Source: Verrucomicrobiales bacterium
GTDB taxonomy: Bacteria; Verrucomicrobiota; Verrucomicrobiia; Verrucomicrobiales; V1-33
Length of the DNA stretch: 40,853 nt
Direction of reading: 5' to 3'
NCBI GenBank assembly: GCA_031411295.1
Contig: JANOAV010000095.1
Location: 1-40,853, forward strand
Positions 8,934 to 18,619 of the stretch are shown here, one piece after another (within the stretch, counting starts at the first letter, position 1; each line of letters starts with the position of its first letter). Both the position numbers and the translations under genes were made by a program. Under the pieces are notes generated by a model. It was not told where the DNA came from. It ran no database searches and saw only the letters and a list, made by a program, of their open reading frames with translations.

Positions 8934-10781
8934 ATGTGTGGCATTATTGCTTATGTTGGTAAACGCGAAGTCCGTCCGATCCTGATTGATGGACTCAGCC
9001 GATTGGAATATCGTGGCTATGATAGTGCCGGGATCGCTACCTTAACCGGTGGGGAAATGGAGCTGACCAAGAAAGCGGGTCGGATAACGGAACTGGCCCG
9101 GGCTGTAGCGCAGCGCAAAAAGCCCGCCAGTATTGGTATTAGTCATACGCGTTGGGCCACCCATGGTGAGCCGACCGATGTCAATGCGCACCCGCATCTG
9201 GACCAATCCGGCAAGCTGGCGCTGGTGCATAACGGGGTGATCGAGAACTATCAGGTGCTGAAGAAACAACTCACCGCGGAGGGGCACGAGTTCAAGTCTG
9301 CTACGGATACCGAGGCATTGTCTCATCTAATCGGGAAGTATTATGCGGAGGTGGAAACGCTGGGCGATGAAAAGCTAGTGGAAGCGGTCCGCCTGGCCCT
9401 GCGCGATGTGAAGGGGACCTACGGCATTGCGGTCATGCATCAGGATCACCCTGGGCTCATCATTGGGGCGCGACGGGGGAGTCCGCTGGTGTTAGGCATT
9501 GGCGAAGGGGAAATGTTTATCTGCTCGGACGCCACGCCACTGCTCCCTTACACGCAGAAGGTGGTTTACTTGAAGGACTTCGATTTGGTGCAGATTAGGG
9601 AAAGCAATTTCTCCATCGAAACCCTGCACGAAGGGGAAGCATCCTGGGAAATTAAAGAATTGGATTTCGCTCCGGAAGCTGCCGAACGTGGTGATTTTCC
9701 GCACTTCATGTTGAAGGAAATTTACGAGCAACCGACGACGATCGAGAACGCCATCCGGGGTCGCTTGAACGAAGAAGAAAGCAGCGCGCAATTGGGCGGT
9801 TTGAACCTAACGCCACAGCAATTGCGGGAGATTGACCGCATCTTCATTCTGGGCTGCGGCACTGCCCTGCATGCCGGCATGGTGGGCAAGCACATGCTGG
9901 AAGACATGGCGTTTATCCCCACGGAAACGGATTATGCCAGCGAGTTTCGTTATCGGAATTGCCCGGTGCCCAAGAACTCGCTCTTCTTCGTGATTAGCCA
10001 AAGTGGCGAAACGGCTGACACGCTGGGAGCTTTACGCGAAGCTCGACGCAGAGGTTTCCGAGGGCTCGGCATCTGCAACAACGTGGGCAGCACGATCGCT
10101 CGGGAATCCGACGGTGGAGTTTACATGCATGCCGGACCGGAAATTGGGGTGGCGGCTACGAAATCGTTCGTCAGTCAATGCGCCATCTTCGGTCTGCTCA
10201 CGCTAGTGTTGGGTCGGATGCGCCACATGAGCGCGGGGACCGGCAAGGAAATCATCGAAGCCTTCAATAAACTGCCTGGCCAAATCACGAAGATCTTACA
10301 AACGAACGAGAAGATTGAGGCCATCGCGCACAAATATTGTCAGTCCAAGAGCATGCTGTTTCTCGGGCGGGATTACAACTACCCCATCGCGCTGGAAGCA
10401 GCCTTGAAGATGAAGGAGATTTCCTATATTCACGCGGCGGGCTTCCCGACGGCGGAACTCAAGCATGGCGTCATTGCCTTGATTGATGAGGAAACGCCCT
10501 GTGTCTTCATTTGTCCGCAGGACGTGCTGCATGAAAAAAATATCTCGAACATGCAGGAAGTCAAAGCGCGCAAAGGCCGCATCATTGCGGTGGCCACCGA
10601 AGGCGACAAGGACATCTGCGATCATGCGGACGACGTTATTTATGTCCCCCGCACGATTGATATGCTGCAACCGATCCTCAACATCATCCCGCTGCAACTC
10701 CTCAGTTACTACACCGCCGTGGCTCTCGGCCGGGACGTGGATAAGCCGCGGAACTTGGCCAAGAGTGTGACGGTGGAGTAG
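8934..10781 (+). CDS. glmS: Glutamine--fructose-6-phosphate aminotransferase
   Basis: MCGI N-terminus, LEYRGYDSAG, HTRWATHG, SQSGETADT, and C-terminal D.PRNLAKSVTVE. Confidence 0.99.
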   Translation: MCGIIAYVGKREVRPILIDGLSRLEYRGYDSAGIATLTGGEMELTKKAGRITELARAVAQRKKPASIGISHTRWATHGEPTDVNAHPHLDQSGKLALVHNGVIENYQVLKKQLTAEGHEFKSATDTEALSHLIGKYYAEVETLGDEKLVEAVRLALRDVKGTYGIAVMHQDHPGLIIGARRGSPLVLGIGEGEMFICSDATPLLPYTQKVVYLKDFDLVQIRESNFSIETLHEGEASWEIKELDFAPEAAERGDFPHFMLKEIYEQPTTIENAIRGRLNEEESSAQLGGLNLTPQQLREIDRIFILGCGTALHAGMVGKHMLEDMAFIPTETDYASEFRYRNCPVPKNSLFFVISQSGETADTLGALREARRRGFRGLGICNNVGSTIARESDGGVYMHAGPEIGVAATKSFVSQCAIFGLLTLVLGRMRHMSAGTGKEIIEAFNKLPGQITKILQTNEKIEAIAHKYCQSKSMLFLGRDYNYPIALEAALKMKEISYIHAAGFPTAELKHGVIALIDEETPCVFICPQDVLHEKNISNMQEVKARKGRIIAVATEGDKDICDHADDVIYVPRTIDMLQPILNIIPLQLLSYYTAVALGRDVDKPRNLAKSVTVE

Positions 10782-10792
10782 CGCACGGTGGA

Positions 10793-10862
10793 GAGTGGAA
10801 GCAGTCCGCTGGACTGCGGCAGGAGTGTAGGGAGGAGCAGTCGAGCCGACTGCTCCACACTC
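10793..10862. repeat. GTGG-type REP doublet (REPIN-like)
   Basis: GTGG-AA-GCAGTCC-GCT-GGACTGC ... AGCAGTCG-AGC-CGACTGCT-CCAC in inverted arrangement; related copies at 13515-13582, 37201 and 40430. Confidence 0.8.
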
Positions 10863-10953
10863 GGGTGGTGCGGTGCGGATTTGTTACCTGAGAGGGGTTG
10901 CTTCTGGGGTCGACATCCTGTAAAGATGGCGTAATTGTCATTTAAATCCCCCC

Positions 10954-13494
10954 ATGAAACTTCCTTTCTCTCTACTGCTTCTTTCGGTTGGTCTGTTGCC
11001 GGTGCTATGTCACGCGGTGCCGTTGGTGAATTTTAATGATGCTTGGCGGTATCGGAAGGGGACGAGTGCCCCGCAGTCGGATTGGAAGACGGCGGCGGAT
11101 GCATCGCTGGATGCGAGCTGGCTATCTGGCGTGGGGTTCTTCGGTTATGGGGATGGGACTCCCGGGACGACGCTGCCGGACATGCTACAGGTGACTGGTG
11201 GTGCGGCGGGCTACAAGACGGTGCATCTGCGGAAGACGTTCACGGTCTCAGGGGTGCCGGGGACGGATGAGGTGGTGCTGGAAACGGACTATGATGATGC
11301 GTTCATTGCGTTTATTGATGGGGTCTATGTGGATGATGGGGGTTCCCCTGGGGCTCCGGCGGAACCGGCGTGGAATACCACGGCCACGGTGGGCTCCCAT
11401 GAATGTTCCTTTGGGAATAATACTCCATCAGCGATCCGATCCACGGTGCTGGGCACGGTGGCAGCTAAGTTGACACCGGGGACGCATGTGCTCTCGGCGG
11501 TGTTGCTGAATCAAAATCTAACGTCGTCAGATGCGATCTTAAAAATGTCGCTGTCCACCCGCACGCCAGCGGTTCCGCCGGATCTGCACTGGGAACTGTC
11601 GGAAAGCCCCATCACGCTCACGGCTACTTTCAATGTCACTTCCACGCAGGAATTGATCATCGATCCTGGGGTGGAAGTGCGGTGTCAGGGAGGATCCAAT
11701 GCAATCACTTGTGCAGGGAAGATCACCGCGCTGGGCACGCAGGCGCAGCCGATCCGTTTTGTGCGGGCGACGGCAGGCACGGCTTGGCGGAAGATTGTGA
11801 TCTCCGGGAATCAGGAGAGTAACTTCCGCTTCTGTGATTTCGATGGCGCGAATACTGCCGGCACGGTGCAGGGGGCGGGCACGGCCTCGTTAAGTCCCTC
11901 CATCAATCTGGAAAAATGTCGCTGGCTGAATACGGATGTGCAGATGGTGGAGCTGACTTACACGTCCTGCAATATCATCGACTGTGAGTTCGATTCCATT
12001 CTGGCGCAGGAGTTGTTGCACTTCTCGAATATGCCGACCACGGGGCATGCGTTGATCAAGGGGTGTCGGTTCGGGGCTCCGGGGGTGGTGCCAACTTCGG
12101 GCTACAATGACATCGTGGATTTCACGGGGGGCAATCGTCCCGGACCGATTGCGCGTTTCATTGATAACATGTTCCTTGCTTCGGTGGACGATTGTTTTGA
12201 TATGGATGCGACGGATGCGCACATCGAGGGGAATCTGTTTCTGAATGTGCAGCAGGAAGCGCCACGGGATTCGAGCAGTAATCCGATCACGACGGGGGAG
12301 GGGGCCGGGGTATCGGAGTTGGTGATTTGCCGGAATTTCTTCTACAACTGTGAGCACTTGTTGCTGCTGAAGGATAGTGGTGCGGCGGTAGTGCAAAATA
12401 ACACGTTCTTGAAAATGGTGGAGAATCCGCTGGCGAAGAATGGGGTGGGCGATGCGATTCCGCCTGGCATCATTCTGTTTGGCGAGCCGTGGCGGGGTAA
12501 GCCTTACGGAGCCGGAGCAATTTATAATGGGAACATAGCGTGGGATCTGACCTCTGGGATTCAAGCAACGCCATTTCCGCTCTTCGCTGCCAGCGGGGCC
12601 TTTCTGGTGGCGGATCATTCGTTGATTCAAGGCAATGTCTGGCCGGGAGTGGGCAACTTGGCGGTGGATCCGATGTTCGTCTCCACCACAGGAATCGATT
12701 ACACGACGATCCGCAGCAAGCTGATGTTGCAGGCGGGATCTCCGGCCAGCGGGGCGGGACCGAACGGGATCGATATGGGGGCAGCGGTTCCTGCTGGGGC
12801 CAGCATGAGTGGTGCTCCACAGGGCACGACGACGAGTCGCGATGCGACGATCACGGTGGGAGGGCCGGGTATCTGGGTTTACAAATGGCGTCTCAATGGA
12901 GGGGCTTACAGCGCGGAGGTGCCGCTGGTTCCGGCCACGGTGCTTAACGGTGGGTTGTTCAGTGCGACGATGTATGACAATCCCACGCCGATTACGCTGA
13001 CGAATCTGGCAGATGGCGTTTACACCTTGGAAGTGCTGGGCAAAAGCAGTGCCGGGGACTGGCAGACGACGCCCATCAGCACCGCTTGGACGGTCGCGAG
13101 CCCGCCGGTGGATACGGACACTGACTTGATGCCGGATGCGTGGGAAACGGCCAACGGTCTGAGCCCCAATGATCCCTCGGATGCGGCCAAAGATGCGGAT
13201 GGCGATGGGGCGAGCAATCTGAATGAATTTATCGCTGGCACGGATCCTCAAAGCCGCTCCAGCGCGCTGCGGGCGGAACCGACGACGCTGGGAAATGGCA
13301 CCGTGCGCTTGAGTATTGCGGTGGTGGCCGGGAAGACGTATCGGGTGGAAATGAGCCATACGCTGCAAGGCAACTCCTGGTCCACGCTGGCAACGCTGCC
13401 CGCGCAGGCGGCCACGGGCACGATCACGGTGGATGATCCTAATACGGGGGGTGAGACGCGGAAATTCTATCGGGTGACCACGCCGGCGAATTAA
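10954..13494 (+). CDS. Large secreted protein: jelly-roll-like N-domain, parallel beta-helix region, TSP3-like D-rich motifs, Verrucomicrobia-type C-terminal beta domain
   Basis: Signal peptide; WRYRKG..GFFGYGD..DYDD domain; N-rich repeats (IDNMF, IEGNLF, CRNFF, VQNNTF); DTDTDLMPDAWE/DADGDG; C-terminal YRVEMS..W..FYRV. Confidence 0.75.
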   Translation: MKLPFSLLLLSVGLLPVLCHAVPLVNFNDAWRYRKGTSAPQSDWKTAADASLDASWLSGVGFFGYGDGTPGTTLPDMLQVTGGAAGYKTVHLRKTFTVSGVPGTDEVVLETDYDDAFIAFIDGVYVDDGGSPGAPAEPAWNTTATVGSHECSFGNNTPSAIRSTVLGTVAAKLTPGTHVLSAVLLNQNLTSSDAILKMSLSTRTPAVPPDLHWELSESPITLTATFNVTSTQELIIDPGVEVRCQGGSNAITCAGKITALGTQAQPIRFVRATAGTAWRKIVISGNQESNFRFCDFDGANTAGTVQGAGTASLSPSINLEKCRWLNTDVQMVELTYTSCNIIDCEFDSILAQELLHFSNMPTTGHALIKGCRFGAPGVVPTSGYNDIVDFTGGNRPGPIARFIDNMFLASVDDCFDMDATDAHIEGNLFLNVQQEAPRDSSSNPITTGEGAGVSELVICRNFFYNCEHLLLLKDSGAAVVQNNTFLKMVENPLAKNGVGDAIPPGIILFGEPWRGKPYGAGAIYNGNIAWDLTSGIQATPFPLFAASGAFLVADHSLIQGNVWPGVGNLAVDPMFVSTTGIDYTTIRSKLMLQAGSPASGAGPNGIDMGAAVPAGASMSGAPQGTTTSRDATITVGGPGIWVYKWRLNGGAYSAEVPLVPATVLNGGLFSATMYDNPTPITLTNLADGVYTLEVLGKSSAGDWQTTPISTAWTVASPPVDTDTDLMPDAWETANGLSPNDPSDAAKDADGDGASNLNEFIAGTDPQSRSSALRAEPTTLGNGTVRLSIAVVAGKTYRVEMSHTLQGNSWSTLATLPAQAATGTITVDDPNTGGETRKFYRVTTPAN

Positions 13495-13514
13495 GGCGGC
13501 GGTTCCCCAATTCT

Positions 13515-13582
13515 GAGTGTGGTCGCAGTCCGCTGGGCTGCGGTATGAGTGAAGGGGCTGAGCAGTCGAGCCGCTCCACACT
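13515..13582. repeat. GTGG-type REP doublet (degenerate copy)
   Basis: GAGTGTGGTCGCAGTCCGCTGGGCTGC...GAGCAGTCGAGCCGCTCCACACT; same layout as 10793-10862, between convergent genes. Confidence 0.75.
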
Positions 13583-13599
13583 GGGCAATTTAGTGGTGC

Positions 13600-14457
13600 C
13601 TACAGGAGGTGGCCGCCGCAGTAGGCAACGGTCACTTTGCGGCTGTCGGGAAAGGGCACGGTGGAGACGATGGCTTCGCCCAGCATGATCATGGTGGCGT
13701 GACCGCCGGTGGCCTTGATGTGGTCGATGGTGGTAATCATTTCCTGGTGGGTCAGCAAACCGGAGGAAGTCGCAAAATGATGGGAGAGGTCGAAGAGTTG
13801 TCCCAAGGTGAGGTTGGAACCGTGGGCCACTAACTGCGCAAGGGCGTGGTGCCCAGCCGCGTTGATCAACTGAAGTTTCTCCGCACTATCAATGACGTCG
13901 GCAGTATGGATGGGGCCGTGGATCCTGACGTGGAGCGTTTCCGTATGGAGGGGTAACTGAGTGACGAAGAGGGGTTGGTAGCGCACGGTCTTCATCATGA
14001 TGCCGCCATTGAACTGGCCACCGACATCGCCCAAGCCGGTGGCCGCAGCGACTTCGGCGTGGTGGGCGACCATGCCGAGTTCGTGGGAGGATTTCCCCAA
14101 ATGGAGCAGTTCGTTGATGGCCAGGGCGGTGGCGAGCGCGCTGGCTCCGCTCATGCCGAAGCCGCAGCCGAAGGGGAAAGCGGCGGAGAGGTCGATATGC
14201 AGGGGTGTCGTGGTCAAGGCTGCCAGGACGTATTGCACGGTGGAGAATTCCCAGGCTTCGCCCTGCACGAAGATGCCGGCAGGATGCTGGCTGGAGGCAT
14301 GCTGCACGCAGGCTTCCACGCCTTCAGTCAGCGTAATGCCAACCCCCAACGAGCCCCGCCCGTGGGGTGGGGAGGCGGGGTAGGTCTCGAAGATCAGGGA
14401 GATATTCGCGGGAGCGAATGCACGGATGGCTAAGTTTTCAGTTTTCAGATGCAGCAA
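13600..14457 (-). CDS. Archaeal-type pantoate kinase-like GHMP kinase (COG1829-like)
   Basis: RAFAPANIS..F, GSLGVGITL, PFGCGFGMSGASAL (GHMP ATP loop), AHHAEV...TGLGDV.GQF.GG and MIMLGEAI. Start uncertain; TTG 14457 chosen because longer starts overlap or crowd nadB. Confidence 0.78.
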   Translation of the reverse strand: MLHLKTENLAIRAFAPANISLIFETYPASPPHGRGSLGVGITLTEGVEACVQHASSQHPAGIFVQGEAWEFSTVQYVLAALTTTPLHIDLSAAFPFGCGFGMSGASALATALAINELLHLGKSSHELGMVAHHAEVAAATGLGDVGGQFNGGIMMKTVRYQPLFVTQLPLHTETLHVRIHGPIHTADVIDSAEKLQLINAAGHHALAQLVAHGSNLTLGQLFDLSHHFATSSGLLTHQEMITTIDHIKATGGHATMIMLGEAIVSTVPFPDSRKVTVAYCGGHLL

Positions 14458-14551
14458 ATGGGTGTTTGAGACGTAGTGACAGTGATGCCGGCACCACCAG
14501 TAATGGGGATGGCGGGCATTCCACTGCATTTTCTCCTTTTTCTCAAGCATT

Positions 14552-16159
14552 ATGACATATGATTTCCTCGTGGTCGGCGGCGGTATCGCTGGCCTCAGTT
14601 TTGCCATCAAAGCGGCGGAGCATGGGCGGGTGGCAATTCTCACGAAGGGGAAATTGGAGGTTTCCAACACGGCGTGGGCGCAAGGCGGGGTGGCCTGCGT
14701 GATGAGTCAGGAAGATTCTTTCGAGCAACATGTGGCGGACACGTTGGATGCTGGGGCTGGTCTGTGTCACCAAGAAGTCGTCGAAGCAGTGATCCGTCAG
14801 GCTCCCGAGCGGATGCACGAATTGATGGACTGGGGGGTGCAATTTGACCACACCAACGTCAATGGCCATTCGGAGTTGGTGCTGGGACGCGAGGGGGGGC
14901 ACACGCAGCGGAGGATTCTGCACAAGGGAGATACGACGGGGGCAGAAATCGCCCAGTGCCTGCTGGCGAAAGCTCAGCGCACGCCGGGCATCACCTTTTA
15001 CGAAAATCATTTCGCCATCGATCTAATCACCACCGCCAAGTTAGGCTTTGCGACGGAGGATCGCTGTCTGGGGTTGTATGCGTTGAATCAAACGAGCGGG
15101 GAAGTGTTAACGTTTCGCTCGGACCGGGTGGTGCTGGCCACGGGTGGATGCGGCCGGGTTTATTTATATACCACGAACCCAGAGATCGCCACGGGCGATG
15201 GGGTGGCGATGGCTTGGCGTGCCGGGGCGACGATCTCGAACATGGAGTTCGTGCAGTTTCATCCCACGTGTCTCTATCATCCCACGGTGAAAAATTTCCT
15301 CATCACGGAGGCGATGCGAGGGGAGGGCGGTGTGTTGATTGGTCAGGACGGCAAGGAGTTCATGGAGAAATATGACGCGAGAAAGTCGCTCGCTCCACGG
15401 GACATCGTCGCCCGTGCGATCGACCGGGAAATCAAGCGCACGGGGTCGGCATGTGTATATTTGGACATGACCAGCAATTCGAAGGAGTTTCTTTTGGAGC
15501 GCTTTCCCAACATCTATCAGACCTGCTTGGACCTGGGGATCGATATTGCCACGCAACCGATCCCGGTCGTGCCTGCGGCCCACTATCAATGTGGCGGGGT
15601 GCGCACGGATTTGCAGGGAAAGACCAGTTTGCGCGGGCTTTATGCCATCGGAGAGGTCGCCTGCACGGGCTTGCATGGGGCCAATCGACTGGCTTCCAAT
15701 TCGCTGCTGGAAGGCAGCGTGATGGCGCATCAGGCCGTGGCGGATGCCATCAAACAATTCCCGTTGGGCACGGCACGTCCTGCGCCTGGACTGGCGGACA
15801 GTGAACTTCCGCCTTGGAAATCGGGGAACGTGCAGGATGTGGATGAGTTGGTGGTGATCTATCATAACTGGGATGAAATTCGACGACTGATGTGGGATTA
15901 CGTCTCCATTGTCCGCACTAGCAAGCGCCTCCAGCGGGCCGCCATGCGGCTGCAAAATCTCCAGCGGGAAGTTTCCGAGTTTTATTGGAATTTCAAAATC
16001 ACGGCTCCGCTGCTGGAGTTGCGAAACTTGGTGCAAGTGGCGGCCCTGATCGTTGATTCCGCGCAAAGCCGCCATGAGAGCCGCGGAGCCCACTACACGT
16101 TGGACTATCCAGAGACCACCTCGAAGGCGACGGACTCGCAATTGCGTCGCTTGGTGTAG
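14552..16159 (+). CDS. nadB: L-aspartate oxidase
   Basis: GGGIAGL, SNTAWAQGG, REGGH, QFHPT, LAPRDIVARAID, AHYQCGGV, TGLHGANRLASNSLLE and ESRGAHY motifs. Confidence 0.97.
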   Translation: MTYDFLVVGGGIAGLSFAIKAAEHGRVAILTKGKLEVSNTAWAQGGVACVMSQEDSFEQHVADTLDAGAGLCHQEVVEAVIRQAPERMHELMDWGVQFDHTNVNGHSELVLGREGGHTQRRILHKGDTTGAEIAQCLLAKAQRTPGITFYENHFAIDLITTAKLGFATEDRCLGLYALNQTSGEVLTFRSDRVVLATGGCGRVYLYTTNPEIATGDGVAMAWRAGATISNMEFVQFHPTCLYHPTVKNFLITEAMRGEGGVLIGQDGKEFMEKYDARKSLAPRDIVARAIDREIKRTGSACVYLDMTSNSKEFLLERFPNIYQTCLDLGIDIATQPIPVVPAAHYQCGGVRTDLQGKTSLRGLYAIGEVACTGLHGANRLASNSLLEGSVMAHQAVADAIKQFPLGTARPAPGLADSELPPWKSGNVQDVDELVVIYHNWDEIRRLMWDYVSIVRTSKRLQRAAMRLQNLQREVSEFYWNFKITAPLLELRNLVQVAALIVDSAQSRHESRGAHYTLDYPETTSKATDSQLRRLV

Positions 16160-16318
16160 TGTCTCCTTGGGAAATCGCCACCTTTCGACTCCGCAATCGC
16201 GCATGGGGAATGGGAAGGTAATTTGGCCAAGTGGTGCTTTTATTACCAGCGTCTAGACAAAACGACCCGTTGAGACGCTTCTGGGTTGTCGTTTATTAAC
16301 AAACACCCATCAATAACC

Positions 16319-16807
16319 ATGAATCGATTCACATTTCTAACCACCCTCGCCCTTGCCAGCATTGGCCTAGGCTCTGCAAAGGCGGGAGATTTCCCCAAAG
16401 GCAGCCCGGATTTCGAACACCGCTATAAATCCGCGCTCGAAGCAGGAAAGAAAACCGGCAAGCCTGTGCTGCTGGTTTTCTCTGCAACGTGGTGCGGGCC
16501 ATGCCAAAAAATGAAGCATGATGTCTATCCTAGCGAGACCATCAAGCCATACCATGACAAGTTCGTGTGGGCCTATTTGGATGCCGATGAAGCCGCCAAC
16601 AAGAAACCACAGGAAAAATATGGCGTGAATGGAATCCCTCACATTGAATTTGTCGATGGTGAGGGGAAGTCACTCGGCAAGCATGTGGGCTCAACTTCCC
16701 CTGAGTCTTTTGCCAAAGTGCTCGACGGCATTCTGGCCAAGGTTCCGAAAAGTGATACTCCTGCCGCTGGTCCCAAGCCACTGGGCTTGACCCCAAAAGC
16801 GAAGTAA
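16319..16807 (+). CDS. Secreted thioredoxin-family protein
   Basis: Signal peptide, FSATWCGPCQ motif, cis-Pro GIP loop. Confidence 0.9.
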   Translation: MNRFTFLTTLALASIGLGSAKAGDFPKGSPDFEHRYKSALEAGKKTGKPVLLVFSATWCGPCQKMKHDVYPSETIKPYHDKFVWAYLDADEAANKKPQEKYGVNGIPHIEFVDGEGKSLGKHVGSTSPESFAKVLDGILAKVPKSDTPAAGPKPLGLTPKAK

Positions 16808-16842
16808 TTCATGCTGGAGGAAGAAAATATTTCCGAAACATC

Positions 16843-16867
16843 GGAATAAAGTTTCCCTTCATCCGTC
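16843..16867 (+). promoter_or_regulatory. Possible ECF-sigma promoter upstream of the rhodanese gene
   Basis: GGAAT-N16-CGTC arrangement in the intergenic region; motif match only. Confidence 0.3.
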
Positions 16868-16919
16868 CCATCCGTAAGCAAATTCGAGCACAACGAAACA
16901 TTAGGCTTCGATTGCCCGC

Positions 16920-16950
16920 AAAACCAAAACCAAAACCAAACCCAAAACAC
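16920..16950 (+). repeat. (AAAACC)n short tandem repeat in the 5' leader
   Basis: AAAACCAAAACCAAAACCAAACCCAAAACAC immediately before ATG 16954. Confidence 0.8.
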
Positions 16951-16953
16951 ATT

Positions 16954-17586
16954 ATGAAAAAACTCCTCACGTTCCTCTGCGCAGCTGTGCTCAGTGTAAC
17001 TGCTAACGCCGGTGAATTCCCAGACATTAGCATCACGGACCTCAAGACCGCCATTGATGGCAAGAAGGTTACCATCATCGACGTCAATGGTTCCGATTCT
17101 TACAAAAAGGGTCACGTCCCCGGAGCGATTGATTTCGATGCCGTGGAAAAAGAACTAGCCAAGAGCCTGCCAGCTGACAAAGCCGCCCTCGTCGTCGCTT
17201 ATTGCGGTGGCCCAGGTTGCAATGCTTACGCTCAAGGTGCCAAGGCCGCCAAGGCGCTGGGTTACACCAATGTGAAGCATCTGGCCGCCGGGATCTCCGG
17301 TTGGGTGGAAGCCAAGCAGCCTGTGGAAAAAGGCGAAAAGAAAGCCGATGCCCCCACCGCCGCCGCTGGATCCAAGCTCGTAGCCAAAGTTGACGGCGTG
17401 GTTTGCGCTTCCTGCCAAAGTAAGGTGAAACTGGCCTTCAACTCCCTCGGAGCCAAGAATGTGGCCATCGCCCAAGGTTCCAAAGAAGGCGAAGCCATCG
17501 TAACCTTCGAAGGTAACGTGGCCAAGGCTGATGCGGCCAAGGCGCTGGGTGACTTCCCCCTCGTCAGTCTCGAAGCGGCCAAGTAA
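16954..17586 (+). CDS. Secreted rhodanese-domain protein with C-terminal HMA-like domain
   Basis: Signal peptide; IIDVN...GHVPGAI and YCGGPGC, LAAGISGW rhodanese motifs; C-terminal VDGVVCASC metal-binding motif. Confidence 0.85.
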   Translation: MKKLLTFLCAAVLSVTANAGEFPDISITDLKTAIDGKKVTIIDVNGSDSYKKGHVPGAIDFDAVEKELAKSLPADKAALVVAYCGGPGCNAYAQGAKAAKALGYTNVKHLAAGISGWVEAKQPVEKGEKKADAPTAAAGSKLVAKVDGVVCASCQSKVKLAFNSLGAKNVAIAQGSKEGEAIVTFEGNVAKADAAKALGDFPLVSLEAAK

Positions 17587-17623
17587 TCTTACGCCGCGGC
17601 CAGTAAAGTCGCGCCAAACTTCC

Positions 17624-17660
17624 AAACCGCTCATCGGCCTGCCGATGAGCGGTTTTTCGT
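17624..17660 (+). terminator. Rho-independent terminator
   Basis: AAACCGCTCATCGGC-CT-GCCGATGAGCGGTTT perfect inverted repeat with a T-tract, after the rhodanese gene. Confidence 0.85.
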
Positions 17661-17761
17661 TGCTCAAGGGTGGCCGCAATCCGCTGGACTCCTGAAAAAT
17701 CATCCCTCCTGGTCGGTCTAAAGCGCAGCCCAGCGGGCACTTCTACATTCGGCCTCGACTA

Positions 17762-18358
17762 TCAAAATTTTACCACCCGCGCCACCCCAGCCTTCAGGCG
17801 ACGCAGGTATTCCACTCTGCTGATCTCATGCGCCCCGAATGTCTCCAAATGCTGAGTCGTCCACTGGGTATCCAGCAGGGTGAATCCCGAAGCTCGCAGC
17901 CGCTCCACCAAAGCAACCAAGGCCACCTTCGAGGAATCAGTCACGCGACTAAACATGGATTCCCCGAAAAACACCCCTCCAATGGCAATGCCATAGAGGC
18001 CTCCCACCAACTGATCGTCCTGCCATGCTTCAACCGAGTGCCCGTAGCCCAACTCGAAGAGGCGGCAATAGCTCCCCATGATCAAGTCATTGATCCAAGT
18101 CGTTTGCCGCTCCGCGCACCCCTGCATCACCTCGCGGAATGCGGTATCGAACCGGATCTCAAACGACTGCTTTTTCAGCGTTCGTTTCAGCCCATGCGGT
18201 ATGTGAAATTTATGGTCCAGCGGAATGATCCCTCGGGGGTCGGGCGAGAACCACCCGATCTCCCCATTCTCCATGGCCATGGGGAAAATGCCATCCGAAT
18301 AGGCATGGATGAGCAAGTCAGGTGGAAGTTGGATGGCTTTCTGGAGGGAGGATTTCAC
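17762..18358 (-). CDS. aat: Leucyl/phenylalanyl-tRNA--protein transferase
   Basis: AYSDGIFPM, WFSPDPRG, TWI, GHSVEAW, LVGGLYG, FFGESMFS, SKVAL and LLDTQ motifs. Confidence 0.97.
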   Translation of the reverse strand: MKSSLQKAIQLPPDLLIHAYSDGIFPMAMENGEIGWFSPDPRGIIPLDHKFHIPHGLKRTLKKQSFEIRFDTAFREVMQGCAERQTTWINDLIMGSYCRLFELGYGHSVEAWQDDQLVGGLYGIAIGGVFFGESMFSRVTDSSKVALVALVERLRASGFTLLDTQWTTQHLETFGAHEISRVEYLRRLKAGVARVVKF

Positions 18359-18619
18359 ACGCCCCCATCATCTCTGCTTGCGGCTAAATTTCAATCGCGG
18401 CATCGCTTTAATTGCGAAAAACTTCATGATTCGCGGTTCATCCCTTAAATCGCCTTGTTCATCAACTTTCCTTAATTGATTCCATATTTTTGTTGTTTCC
18501 ATAGAAACAATAGGGTAGATTGGCGTTCCTTAATCAAATCAACACCCGTGACAACCGACCAGACCACGAACAAAAATCGTTATAAGCAATCACTTCCAAG
18601 GCAGCACGGACCAAACCCA

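Noticed and set aside
11890..13581. 563-aa minus-strand ORF
   Set aside because: Antisense shadow of the 846-aa gene; Arg/His-rich composition typical of non-coding frames in GC-rich DNA.
14458..14670. N-terminal extension of the pantoate kinase ORF
   Set aside because: Overlaps or crowds the divergent nadB start; homology begins at RAFAP.
15164..16204. 346-aa minus-strand ORF
   Set aside because: Antisense shadow of nadB.
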